Source: Actinomycetota bacterium (GTDB lineage Bacteria; Actinomycetota; Thermoleophilia; Gaiellales; Gaiellaceae). Taken from it: a stretch of DNA of 64,000 nt. Numbering within the stretch: the first letter of the stretch is position 1; each line of letters starts with the position of its first letter. Location of the stretch: contig VAYM01000109.1 in assembly GCA_005884945.1 (NCBI GenBank), forward strand, positions 6,842 through 70,841, given 5' to 3'. Both the position numbers and the translations under genes were made by a program. Shown one piece after another: positions 19,077-28,716 of the stretch. Below the pieces are notes generated by a model that did not search any database, was not told the DNA's origin, and saw nothing but the letters and a program-made list of their open reading frames with translations.

Positions 19077-20375
19077 GTGATCCCACGCCAGCCGGACCCC
19101 GCGCCGGAGCGCGGGTTCATCGCCGCCGTGCTGGCCCAGGGGGTCGATCCCGAGACGGAGCTGGCTGAGCTGCGTGAACTCGCGCGCACGGCACTCGTCG
19201 AGCCGATCGGCGAGCTGATCCAACACCGCGCCCAGCCCGAGCGGCGTACCTACCTCGGCAAGGGGAAGCTCGAGGAGCTGAAGCGCGCCTATCACGCGTC
19301 GTCGGCCGAGGTCCTCGTCGTGGACGACGAGCTCGCGCCCGCGCAGCAGCGGACGCTCGAGGACGCGCTGAAAGCGCGCGTGGTCGACCGGACGCAGCTG
19401 ATCCTCGACATCTTCGCGCAGCATGCGACGAGCGCCGAGGGCAAGCTCCAGGTCGAGCTCGCGCAGCTCGAGTACAACCTCCCGCGGATGCGGGGGATGT
19501 GGCAGCACCTCGAGCGCCTGGGCGGCGGCCTCGGGACGCGCGGACCCGGCGAGTCGCAGCTCGAGACCGACCGGCGGCTCGCGCGGCGGCGGATCACGCT
19601 GCTTCGACGGCGGTTGAAGGAGCTGGGCAAGCAGCGCGACGTCCGACGCAAAGAACGCCGTCGCGCGGAGACACCGACCGTCGCGCTCGCGGGCTACACG
19701 AACGTCGGGAAGTCCACGCTCTTGAACGCGCTGACCGACGCGCAGGTCTCCGTGCGGAATCGACTATTCGAGACGCTCGACCCGACGACACGCGGGTTCG
19801 ATTTCGACGGCCGTCGCTATCTCGTGACCGATACCGTCGGCTTCATCCGGCGACTACCCACGCAACTCGTCGAGGGGTTTGCCGCCACGCTCGAGGAGAC
19901 GCTGGTCTCCGACCTCGTCCTTCACCTCCTCGACGCGTCCGAGCCGGACGACCGTCTCGACGAGCAGATCGCCGCCGTGGACGCGGTCTTGCACGAGATC
20001 GGAGCGGATGAGCTGCCCGTCGAGATCGTGATCAACAAGATCGACGCAATCGATCCGCTGCGCCGTCGGAGGTTGAGCAACCGCTTTCCGGATGCCGTGC
20101 AGGTGTCGGCGCTCAGTGGGGACGGGCTCGACGCTCTGCGCGCGCGCATCGCCGACCGGTTCGCGGATCGTTTCGAGCCCGTGAGGCTGCTGCTGCCGTA
20201 CGACGAAGGCGGGAAGCTCGCGGAGCTCTACGCGCTGGGGGCGCCGATCGAGGCGCGCGAAGGCCACGAGGATGGAGTGCTCGTCCGCGCGCGACTTCCA
20301 CAGCGCGAGGTACGGCGATTCGCGCGTTACCTCGTGGCCGAGGCTCGGTCGGAACGGGCAACCCGCGCACGGTGA
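19077..20375 (+). CDS. hflX: GTPase HflX
   Basis: HflX N-domain (DRTQLILDIFAQHATSAEGKLQVELAQL), G1 GYTNVGKST, DTVGF and NKID. The start is taken at the in-frame GTG at 19077 to avoid a divergent overlap. Confidence 0.9.
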   Translation: MIPRQPDPAPERGFIAAVLAQGVDPETELAELRELARTALVEPIGELIQHRAQPERRTYLGKGKLEELKRAYHASSAEVLVVDDELAPAQQRTLEDALKARVVDRTQLILDIFAQHATSAEGKLQVELAQLEYNLPRMRGMWQHLERLGGGLGTRGPGESQLETDRRLARRRITLLRRRLKELGKQRDVRRKERRRAETPTVALAGYTNVGKSTLLNALTDAQVSVRNRLFETLDPTTRGFDFDGRRYLVTDTVGFIRRLPTQLVEGFAATLEETLVSDLVLHLLDASEPDDRLDEQIAAVDAVLHEIGADELPVEIVINKIDAIDPLRRRRLSNRFPDAVQVSALSGDGLDALRARIADRFADRFEPVRLLLPYDEGGKLAELYALGAPIEAREGHEDGVLVRARLPQREVRRFARYLVAEARSERATRAR

Positions 20376-20806
20376 TCGAGCTCGCGATCCGTCGTCTGCG
20401 CGAGGACGCGATCATTCCCGAGCGCGCATATGCAGGCGACGCCGGTTTCGACCTTGCGGCCTGCGAGCGAGTCGAGCTCGAGCCAGGCGAGCGCGCGACG
20501 GTCGGGACGGGACTGGCGGTCGCGATACCCGAGGGATACGCGGGCTTCGTCCAACCGCGCTCCGGTCTCGCGGCGCGACACGGGATCACGATCGTGAACA
20601 CGCCGGGCCTCGTCGACTCGGGCTACCGCGGGGAGTTGCGCGTGATCCTTCTCAACACCGACTCGCGTGAGGCCTTCATCATCGAGCGCGGCATGCGGAT
20701 CGCCCAGCTCGTCGTCGTGCCGACGCCGGAGTTCGAGCTGCTCGAGGTGGACGAACTTCCCGAGAGCGAGCGGGGCGTGCGGGGCTTCGGCTCGTCGGCC
20801 GTCTGA
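20372..20806 (+). CDS. dut: dUTP diphosphatase
   Basis: AGDAGFDL, GLVDSGYRGEL and the C-terminal RGVRGFGSS motif. Confidence 0.93.
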   Translation: MIELAIRRLREDAIIPERAYAGDAGFDLAACERVELEPGERATVGTGLAVAIPEGYAGFVQPRSGLAARHGITIVNTPGLVDSGYRGELRVILLNTDSREAFIIERGMRIAQLVVVPTPEFELLEVDELPESERGVRGFGSSAV

Positions 20807-21258
20807 TGGAGCCACGGATTCGGGTGTCCGCGATTCTGCGCTGGGGCGGGCGGATGTTGTTGTGCAGGCACGAGAAGCCCGGGCGGGAGTACTGGTTGTT
20901 ACCGGGCGGCGGGGTGAACTCGGGCGAGAGCCTCGTCGACGCGTTGCACCGAGAGCTCGCAGAGGAGATCGGCATCGACGACGACATCCCGGTCGAGGGC
21001 CCGGTCGCGATCGTCGACTCGATCTCGCCCGTGCGGAGCTTCGCACCGAAGCACGTCGTCCACATCATCTTCGCCGGCGACCTCACGGGGCGGTCGCTGG
21101 AGGCGGTGAAGTCGGAGGACGGTGCCGTTCGTGGGCATCGGCTGTTCGCGATCAACGAGCTCGACGGTGTCGTGCTGCATCCGCCGATCCAGCGGTTCCT
21201 GACCCGGTGGCAGCCCGGCGACCCGGTCGTCTACCTGGGCGCCCTGTGGGCCCCCTGA
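20806..21258 (+). CDS. NUDIX hydrolase
   Basis: Nudix box GGGVNSGESLVDALHRELAEEIGI. Confidence 0.85.
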   Translation: MEPRIRVSAILRWGGRMLLCRHEKPGREYWLLPGGGVNSGESLVDALHRELAEEIGIDDDIPVEGPVAIVDSISPVRSFAPKHVVHIIFAGDLTGRSLEAVKSEDGAVRGHRLFAINELDGVVLHPPIQRFLTRWQPGDPVVYLGALWAP

Positions 21259-21303
21259 TCCACATTCGGCGCATTCGAGTCACGGACATGCGACCACTTG
21301 TTC

Positions 21304-21361
21304 GGTACGCTCGCTCGTAGAGCGGGTGGCGGGATTCACCCCCACCCAGGGCGGGGGTGCG
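21304..21361 (-). repeat. dispersed intergenic hairpin repeat, copy C (reverse orientation, degenerate loop)
   Basis: ggtacgctcgctcgtagagcgggtggcgggattcaCCCCCACCCaGGGCGGGGGtgcg aligns with the reverse complement of copy B (ggtatcgtcgatctcgagggtggcgggcttcgCCCCACCCtcatcaGGGTGGGGGtgcg). Confidence 0.7.
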
Positions 21362-21408
21362 CGCGCGGGTACCTAGAGAGGCGAACGGCCAACGCGGGCG
21401 CGGTCGCG

Positions 21409-22164
21409 CTAGCTGAAGCGGCCGCCCCGGGTTTCCGCTCGGCGCGCCGAGACCTCGTGCGCGACCGCCTCGAGCTCGTCGCGCAGCGGCGGCAGCGCGA
21501 CCGGCTCGTCACCGGTTGCGTGCGCAAGGGCCTGCGCGAGGACCCAATCCGCGAACCACGGGTTCCGCGGCAGGAGCGGCCCGTGCAAGTACGTCCCGAC
21601 CGCGCGCCCGACACGACAGCCTTCGTGGCCACTTTCGCCGTCGTTGCCGAACCCCGCGACGACCCGTCCGAGCGGCACGGCGGCGGCGTCGAGTCGCGTA
21701 CGTCCCGCGTGATTCTCGAAGCCGGCAAGCGTGTGCTGCACTCCCGGGTCGAGCTCGCACTCGAGAAGGACGTCGCCGATCATCCGCTTCTCGCCCGCCA
21801 CGGTCTCGAGTGGAAAAAGACCGATTCCCGGGAGACTGGCGCCGCGGAGGTCTCAATACGAACGACCGAGCAGCTGGTACCCGCCGCAAACCGCAAGCAC
21901 CGCGGCGCCGCCCGCTGCGGAAGCAAGCACGCCCTCCGCCTTCCCCGCGAGATCGCGCGCAACGAGCGCCTGCTCGCGGTCCTGTCCGCCGCCCACGTAC
22001 AGGAGGTCGTGGTCGCCGGGCCGCACGGCGTCGCCGACACTCAACTCCTCGACGTGCAGCTCGTGACCGCGCCACGCGGCGCGCCGCGCGAGCACCGCGA
22101 TGTTGCCGCGGTCCGCGTAGATGTTCAGGTAATCGGGATAGAGATGCCCGACGCGCAGCCTCAC
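21409..22164 (-). pseudogene. gatD: lipid II isoglutaminyl synthase glutaminase subunit GatD with an in-frame TGA
   Basis: GTG at 22164 overlaps the murT stop (GTGA). Sequence runs LYPDYLNIYADRGN...AVCGGYQLLGRSY, then TGA at 21853-21855, then in the same frame DLRGASLPGIGLFPLETVAGEKRMIGD...GTYLHGPLLPRNP. Both halves match GatD. Confidence 0.75.
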
Positions 22165-23537
22165 GCCGCACGCTCCCAGTAGGGCCGAACGAACCCTCGG
22201 GCTGCGACGGTCTTCCGCAGCGCGAGCATTGCGGTGTACGTCGGGAGCACGACGAGCTCGCCGCCGGCGGACGTGAGCTCGAGCCCGCGGTCGAGCGCCT
22301 CCTCCAGGGACGGGACGACCTCGATCGCACGGGGATCGAGCCCCCCGTACTTGAAGCGAAGCGCGAGCTCGGCCGCACGGTCGCCGGCCGCGACGAGCCG
22401 ACGGAGACCGGGAATCAACGGCTCGAAGTCGACGTCCCAGATCCACGAGACGTCGCGCCCGTCCGCGATCCCGTCGTTCAGCGCGATCACGACATTCTCC
22501 GGCAGTCCGCCGTCCGCGATCGTCCGCACGGCCTCGTTCGCGCCGGCCGGGTTCTTGATCAGCAGCATCAGCAGCCGGCGATCGCCGATCACGATCCGTT
22601 CGAACCGCCCGAACGCCGCACCGAAACGCTCGAGGCCGCCGACGATCTCGTCGGTCGACGCGCCCAGGACGTGTGCAAGCGACGCTGCGGCAAGGGCGTT
22701 GTACACGTTGTACAGACCCGGGACGCGGAGCCGGACGTCGCGCGCGCCGTCGGGAAGCTCGATCCGGAACGACACCGCGTCGAGACCGTGCAGCTCGACG
22801 TCGCGCGCCTGCACCGCCAGCGAGGGACGAGCGTGACCACAAGCGGGGCACCGGTAGTCGCCGAGATGTCCGACGTACGCGGCCGTGTACTCGTACGGCG
22901 TCCCGCAGCGCACGCAGTACTTCGAGTCGGCCGCGTGCTGGAGCGTCGTGCGCGCGCGACGCGGATCGTCGACGCCGAAGACCACGGATCCCGGCCGCTC
23001 GCACGCGAGGTCGCCGACCTGCGGATCGTCTCCGTTGACGACGAGCGCGGCCGCCGGATCGAGCTCGCGAACGGCGGCGCGCCACCGCTCGGCGACGTGC
23101 TCGAGTTCGCCGTACCGGTCGAGCTGGTCGCGGAAGAGGTTTCCGAGACAGAGCGCCCGCGGGCGGAGACGGGCGGCGATCTCCGGAAGGGCCGCCTCGT
23201 CGACCTCGAACAAGCCGAGCTCGGCGCCACGCACCTCGAGCAAGGTCGAGGCGACGCCCGAGACGAGGTTCGCTCCCGAGCGGTTGTGCGCGAGCCGAAA
23301 GCGGGCGCCGAGGATCTCCGCCGCCATTGCAGCGGTCGTCGTCTTCCCGTTCGTCGCCGACACGAGCGCCGACCCCAACGGCAGCCGTGCAGCGAGCCGA
23401 TCGACCGCCCCGGGGTCGAGCTTCCAGAGCAGCTTGCCCGGAACGGTCGTGCCGCCGCCGGCGCGGGCCAGGCGCGAGAGCCGGCCTGCGGCGCGGGCGG
23501 CGGCGATCTCTGCTGCGAGCGGAACGGGAAGACGCAT
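22161..23537 (-). CDS. murT: lipid II isoglutaminyl synthase ligase subunit MurT
   Basis: Mur-ligase P-loop TNGKTTT, Cys4 ribbon CVRCGTPY...CPACG, and a C-terminal DUF1727-like region (DGRDVSWIWDVDFE). Confidence 0.9.
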   Translation of the reverse strand: MRLPVPLAAEIAAARAAGRLSRLARAGGGTTVPGKLLWKLDPGAVDRLAARLPLGSALVSATNGKTTTAAMAAEILGARFRLAHNRSGANLVSGVASTLLEVRGAELGLFEVDEAALPEIAARLRPRALCLGNLFRDQLDRYGELEHVAERWRAAVRELDPAAALVVNGDDPQVGDLACERPGSVVFGVDDPRRARTTLQHAADSKYCVRCGTPYEYTAAYVGHLGDYRCPACGHARPSLAVQARDVELHGLDAVSFRIELPDGARDVRLRVPGLYNVYNALAAASLAHVLGASTDEIVGGLERFGAAFGRFERIVIGDRRLLMLLIKNPAGANEAVRTIADGGLPENVVIALNDGIADGRDVSWIWDVDFEPLIPGLRRLVAAGDRAAELALRFKYGGLDPRAIEVVPSLEEALDRGLELTSAGGELVVLPTYTAMLALRKTVAARGFVRPYWERAA

Positions 23538-23732
23538 GCCGCCGCGGAGGCTATCGGCGCCGGCTCACCCGTTCGGGGGAATCGTTCGAGGGGTTCCCCG
23601 AATGGGGGATGCTGCCTCGATACGCCGGTCGTAGCGTCCGACGTGCGCAAGGCGGGTCGCGCCGTCTGGCCGGCGGCCGTGCCCTTTCTTGTCTGTGGGC
23701 CCTCGGATGGCGAGGAAGAAGGAGCACAAACT

Positions 23733-26489
23733 GTGAGTGCAATACCGACCGAAATCGCTCTGGCGCCGGAAACGCCTGGACGCGATGACGGGCTGCCCAG
23801 AAACGCACGGATCTACTTCTTCGTCGTAGCCGCCGCGACGGCCGCCTCGACACTCCCGTTCCTCGGCCGTCTGCAGCATGCCCAGGAATGGGGCGCGTTC
23901 CTCATCCTCGGCTCAGCAGCCGCCGTTGCCCAGCTGTTCGTTGTCCGCACGCCGCGCGAGGGGGCCTACCACACCTCGATCGTGTTCCTGATTCCGGCGG
24001 CGCTGCTCCTGCCGCCGGAGCTCGTGGCCCTGATGGGCATCGTGCAGCACGTTCCGGAGTGGCTGCGTATGCGCTACCGCTGGTACCAGCAGACCTTCAA
24101 TATCTGCAACTACGTGCTCGCGACGATGGCGGTGTGGTTCTTCGCACACCACCTCATTCTCGACTCGCACGTGATCTCGAACCATGCCTTGCGGCTCGGC
24201 GTTGCCGGCGTCGTCTGCTGCTTCGTCTTCGTCACGATCAACCACGCGAACCTCGCGATGATGCTGCGCCTCGCCCGCGGCTTCACGCTGAAGGAGACAG
24301 GACTGTTCGACGTCGAGAACCTCTCGACGGATCTGGTCCTCTCGGCGCTCGGCGTCGCGACGTTCGCGTTCTGGCAGACGAACCCCTGGCTGATCCCGTT
24401 CGCCGTCGCCCCGCTGGTCCTCGTCCACCGCTCCCTCAGCGTCCCGCAGCTGCAGGCGGAGGCGCGCGTCGACCCGAAGACCGGTCTCTTCAACGCGCGG
24501 CACTTCGCGCTCGCACTCGCCGAAGAGCTCGGCCGCGCGCAGCGCTTCGAGCGGCCGCTGTCGCTGATCATGGCCGACCTCGACCTGCTGCGCGACATCA
24601 ACAACACGTACGGCCACCTCGCAGGCGACGCGGTGCTGAAGGGAATCGCGGAGGTCTTCCGCGCTCAGCTTCGCCACTACGACGTGCCGGCACGTTTCGG
24701 CGGCGAGGAGTTCTCGATCCTGCTTCCCGAGACGCCGCCCGAACAGGCGATGGAGATCGCCGAGCGGATCCGCCGCGCCGTCGCCGGACGGACGTTCGAC
24801 GTCGAGACGTCGAGCGAGCCGATCCGCGCAACCGTGTCCATCGGCGTCGCAGGGTTCCCGAAGGACGGGACGGACGCGAACGAGCTCATCCACCAGGCCG
24901 ACCTCGCCGTCTATCGGGCAAAGCTGCAGGGACGCAACCGCGTCCTCGGCGCCAGCTCCGAGCCGCTGCTCATGCCCGCCGAGCGGCAGACCCGCCTCGT
25001 CGCCGTGCCGGAGGAAGGCGACCACCATGCGCCACTTCCGGCCGCCGTGCAGCTTCCCGTCAAGGAGGAGCGGCGCAGCGACCCGCACCCGCGCCCACAC
25101 GCGGTGCACGGGCCGCGCTTCCTCGCACTCTCGCTTCGCCTGGGCATCGTGGTCGGGACGGTCAGCGCGATCGGCATCAGCGCAGGAATCGCGGGCATCG
25201 TCCTCACGTGGACGTCCAAGGACCTGCTCGGGCTGCTCACGATCGTCGCGCTGATCGGTGTCGGCCAGGCGCTCGCGCTCGAGGTCGACGAGGGCGGCTC
25301 GATCTCCGTCGGCGCGGTCGGCGCCCTCGCCGGCGCCGCGCTCTTCGGCCCGCGTGCTGCGCTCGCGCTCGCGATCGCAAGCGTCGCCGTCGAGTGGAGC
25401 GCACGCCGATCGGAGATCCACCGGGTGCTCTTCAACGTCGGGGCGCTGACGCTCGCGTCGCTCGCCGCGGCGAGCGTGTTCAAGATCGGTGCGTTCCTCC
25501 CGGGGGGCACGGAGCACCGGCTGGCGGTCGCGGGGCTCGGCCTCGCCGCAGGCGCCGTCTACTTCGCCGTCAACATGGGCCTACTCTCCCTCGCGCTCGC
25601 GCTCGAGGGCCACGAGCGTTGGTGGGCGGTCTTCAGGGAACGGTTCGCGTGGCTCCTGCCGCACTATCTCGTCTACGGCTTCATCGGCGGCGTCATGGCG
25701 CTCGCATACGAGGCCGTGAAGCTGTTCGCGCTCGCGGTCTTCGCCGTGCCGCTCGTCCTCATGCGAAAGACGCAGGAGGCGTACCTGAAGCACACGCAGC
25801 GCAGCGCGCAGAAGCTCCGCCAGGCGGCCGAGACGATCCAGACGCAGAACGTCTCCCTCGAGCTCGCGAACAAGCTCCTCAAGGAGCGCTCGACGGCCGC
25901 GATGGAGTCGCTCTCGGCGACGGTCGACGCGCGTGACTCGTACACCGCGGGCCACTCCCGCCGCGTGCAGCAGCTCGCCCTCGCGATCGGGCGCGAACTC
26001 GGCCTCTCGCAGGCGGAGCTCGACCTCCTCGGCCACGCGGCGCTCTTCCACGACATCGGCAAGCTCGCGATCCCGGACGCGATCCTCCTCAAGCCGGCGA
26101 GCCTGACGCCCGACGAGTGGGCACTGATGCAGCGCCATGCGGAGGAGGGGGCGCGCATCATCGACCGCCTCGGCTTCCTCAACGACGCCGTGCCGGCGAT
26201 CCGGCACCACCACGAGCGCTTCGACGGCACCGGCTATCCGGACCGGCTGCGCGGCGAGGAGATCCCGCTCGGTGCCCGCATCATCCATGTCGCCGACGCC
26301 CTGGACTCGATGCTGACGACGCGGATCTACCGGGCCGCCCGTCCCGCCGCCGAGGCACTCGCCGAGCTGCGCCGGGCTGCCGGCACGCAGTTCTGTCCGC
26401 GCTGCGTCGGAGCCCTGGAGCGGATCCTGCCGCTCGACAGCCTCACCTCCGACGCCGACCGCTCGACGGCGGCCGTGTCGGTGGCGTAA
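23733..26489 (+). CDS. membrane-bound bifunctional c-di-GMP protein: TM block, GGDEF, TM block, HD-GYP
   Basis: GTG at 23733 with GAAGGAG 8 nt upstream. The GGDEF domain has an RHYD I-site and an intact GGEEF. There is a second multi-TM block and then a coiled coil. The HD-GYP domain has HDIGK and HHERFDGTGYP. This is the real gene inside shadow ORF 21516-26489. Confidence 0.88.
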   Translation: MSAIPTEIALAPETPGRDDGLPRNARIYFFVVAAATAASTLPFLGRLQHAQEWGAFLILGSAAAVAQLFVVRTPREGAYHTSIVFLIPAALLLPPELVALMGIVQHVPEWLRMRYRWYQQTFNICNYVLATMAVWFFAHHLILDSHVISNHALRLGVAGVVCCFVFVTINHANLAMMLRLARGFTLKETGLFDVENLSTDLVLSALGVATFAFWQTNPWLIPFAVAPLVLVHRSLSVPQLQAEARVDPKTGLFNARHFALALAEELGRAQRFERPLSLIMADLDLLRDINNTYGHLAGDAVLKGIAEVFRAQLRHYDVPARFGGEEFSILLPETPPEQAMEIAERIRRAVAGRTFDVETSSEPIRATVSIGVAGFPKDGTDANELIHQADLAVYRAKLQGRNRVLGASSEPLLMPAERQTRLVAVPEEGDHHAPLPAAVQLPVKEERRSDPHPRPHAVHGPRFLALSLRLGIVVGTVSAIGISAGIAGIVLTWTSKDLLGLLTIVALIGVGQALALEVDEGGSISVGAVGALAGAALFGPRAALALAIASVAVEWSARRSEIHRVLFNVGALTLASLAAASVFKIGAFLPGGTEHRLAVAGLGLAAGAVYFAVNMGLLSLALALEGHERWWAVFRERFAWLLPHYLVYGFIGGVMALAYEAVKLFALAVFAVPLVLMRKTQEAYLKHTQRSAQKLRQAAETIQTQNVSLELANKLLKERSTAAMESLSATVDARDSYTAGHSRRVQQLALAIGRELGLSQAELDLLGHAALFHDIGKLAIPDAILLKPASLTPDEWALMQRHAEEGARIIDRLGFLNDAVPAIRHHHERFDGTGYPDRLRGEEIPLGARIIHVADALDSMLTTRIYRAARPAAEALAELRRAAGTQFCPRCVGALERILPLDSLTSDADRSTAAVSVA

Positions 26490-26645
26490 GCCGCCCCGTC
26501 CGCCCGGAAGCCCTACCGGGCCCTCGCCGGGATCGACGCGAAGGCCCTGGCCTCGTTCCAGGCGGGGATCCGCAAGCGGTACTCCGACGAGCAGATCCTC
26601 GACGAGCTCCGCGCGAGCTCCGAACGGCTGAACCGCTCGCCGACG

Positions 26646-27179
26646 ATGCGCGAGTTCGCGGCGGACCCGGAGACGACCGTGCATCCGCAGACGGTGATCG
26701 AGCACTTTGGCAGCTGGAACGAGGCGAAGCGCACCGCCGGGCTCGTCCCGCGGCGGTTCGCGCGGCGCGAGGAGCTCGTCGGCCTCCTGCGCGACCTCGG
26801 CGAAGAGCTCGGCCGCATCCCGACCGCGAAGGACCTCGACGAGCGGCGAGGCTCGATGCCGTCGAAGTCGCTCTACTGGCACACCTTCGGCTCACTCTCG
26901 AGCGCGTTGCGGGAGGCCGGGTTCGACGTGCCGGTGGGGGAGGAGCGGCTCGAGCGGGCGGTCGAGCAGGGTGCCGCGCTCGCCCGGACGCTGAAGCGGC
27001 TGCCGAAGTTCGCCGACTGGGCGGAGGCGCGACGCGAGGATGACGCCCTGATGACGGAGTGGCAGGTCTACCGGATGTTCGACGCGCGTCGCGGCGCATG
27101 GTCGACGTTCCAGTTCCTCATCCGCGAGCAGCTGCTCGAGGAAGGCGTCGACGTCGGCTCCGACGGCCGGCTCGCATGA
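26646..27179 (+). CDS. hypothetical protein built of three ~55-aa repeats (homing-endonuclease-associated-repeat-like)
   Basis: Three repeat units end in FGSWNEAKRTAGL, FGSLSSALREAGF and a degenerate third. Repeat 1 homology extends upstream of the only ATG (26646) into an open frame that begins right after the TAA at 26487. Confidence 0.6.
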   Translation: MREFAADPETTVHPQTVIEHFGSWNEAKRTAGLVPRRFARREELVGLLRDLGEELGRIPTAKDLDERRGSMPSKSLYWHTFGSLSSALREAGFDVPVGEERLERAVEQGAALARTLKRLPKFADWAEARREDDALMTEWQVYRMFDARRGAWSTFQFLIREQLLEEGVDVGSDGRLA

Positions 27180-27775
27180 CGCACGCACTTGCGTTTCTCG
27201 GTGTCGCAGCCGTCGTGATCGTCACGCCGGGACAGGACACCGCGCTGACGATCCGCAACGCGCTCGGCGGCGGCAGGCGGGGAGGTTTCTTCACGGCCGT
27301 GGGCGTCGCGCTCGGCCAGGCAACGTGGACGGTCGCCGCCGCGGCAGGAGTCGCGGCCGTGCTGCGTGCATCCGAGCCCGCGTTCCTGGCGGTGCGGCTG
27401 ACAGGTGCTGCCTATCTCGTCTACCTCGCCGCCCAGGCGCTGGTCGCGGCGCTGCGAGGCCGCCGCGTCGAGCACGCGGTGCGCGTCGCGACGGCGCGCG
27501 GCGCGTTCCGCCAAGGCGTGCTCAGCAATCTCGGAAACCCGAAGATGGCGATCTTCTTCACGAGCCTCCTGCCGCAGTTCGCCGCATCGTTCGGCGGCAT
27601 GCTGGCTCTCGGGCTCGTCTTCTGCACGATGACGCTCGTGTGGCTGACGGCGTACGGCATCGCCGTCGCAAGGGCCGGCGACCTCCTCCGGCGGCCGCGT
27701 ATCCGCCGCGCGATCGACCTCGTGACGGGTGCGGTCCTGGCCGCGTTCGGAATCCGGCTGGCTGTAGAGCGTTAG
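27176..27775 (+). CDS. LysE-family amino-acid exporter
   Basis: MTHALAFLGVAAVVIVTPGQDTALTI... and GNPKMAIFFTSLLPQF are typical of LysE/RhtB. The ATGA overlaps the upstream stop. Confidence 0.85.
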   Translation: MTHALAFLGVAAVVIVTPGQDTALTIRNALGGGRRGGFFTAVGVALGQATWTVAAAAGVAAVLRASEPAFLAVRLTGAAYLVYLAAQALVAALRGRRVEHAVRVATARGAFRQGVLSNLGNPKMAIFFTSLLPQFAASFGGMLALGLVFCTMTLVWLTAYGIAVARAGDLLRRPRIRRAIDLVTGAVLAAFGIRLAVER

Positions 27776-28560
27776 GCCGCGTGCAGCGCGGCGAGGCGGC
27801 GCAGCGTGGCGTCGCGCTCGTGCGGCGCGCGGACGGCGGGCAGCTCCTCCTCGACGAACGACATGTCGGGCCCGAACCGGTCGCGCGCGACGACCTTTCC
27901 TCCGTCGATCGCGACGAGGCTGCCGTAGGAAAGCTCGCGCGTGCGGAGGTGGATGCAGACGTACTGCTCGACGAGCTCGAGCGCGTGCCTCGTCGATGCA
28001 AAGAAGAACACGCCCTTGGCCGTCCCCGTCCACAGCGGCCGGCCGATGCCGCGCGCGAGCAGCAGCTCCTGCCGGTCCTCGTCGAGCCAGGCCGTCGCCA
28101 TCGAGCCCACGAGCTGTTCGAGCGCCCGCGCCGTGCGGCCGCGTGACCGCTCCGCGAGCGCGAAGATGATCTCCGAGTCGACGGTCATACCCGGTGCCGC
28201 CCGCTCGATCTCGTTCCGCGCAAAGAGCTCGTCGTCGTTGACGATGATCCCGTTGTGGATGCCGACGACCGAGCCGTGCCGGATCGGATGATTGTTTGCG
28301 GCGAGGCCCGGGTGACCCTTCGTGTAGTCGCGGACGTGCACGAGCAGCTGCGTCGCATCCGCCGGCACATCGATCGCCTCGAGGAGGTCGCTCGCCCCGG
28401 TCCGCTGCTTGCGGACGGACACGGGCCCTGACCCGGCGCGATACGCGAAGCCAGCCGCGTCCCCGCCACGCTCCGCGATGCCGGCGAGAAGCGCCCGCGC
28501 CGCAAGCGTCCGGTCGACGTCTGCGTCGCGACTGAAGCTGTATCCGGCAATGCCACACAT
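27772..28560 (-). CDS. class II (Ntn) glutamine amidotransferase domain protein
   Basis: N-terminal MCGIAG nucleophile. NHPIRHG...HNGII.N and DSEI motifs are present. Confidence 0.8.
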   Translation of the reverse strand: MCGIAGYSFSRDADVDRTLAARALLAGIAERGGDAAGFAYRAGSGPVSVRKQRTGASDLLEAIDVPADATQLLVHVRDYTKGHPGLAANNHPIRHGSVVGIHNGIIVNDDELFARNEIERAAPGMTVDSEIIFALAERSRGRTARALEQLVGSMATAWLDEDRQELLLARGIGRPLWTGTAKGVFFFASTRHALELVEQYVCIHLRTRELSYGSLVAIDGGKVVARDRFGPDMSFVEEELPAVRAPHERDATLRRLAALHAA

Positions 28561-28716
28561 AAGCGCGAAGCGACCCTTCGGTCGCTGATCTTTCTAGACG
28601 CATCGGCCGGACTCCGAGTTAGGTCAAGGTTCTGTAAGGGGGATTCGCGGCTTCATCCCTCGTGGGAGGGTTGACGGAATCCTCAAGCCGTCTCTCACGC
28701 GGGCCGATACGTCTCG

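Noticed and set aside
21853-21855. The in-frame TGA in gatD read as selenocysteine.
   Set aside because: The position is not the catalytic Cys, which is present upstream in AVCGGYQ. It is variable in homologues, and I see no obvious SECIS-like hairpin immediately downstream.
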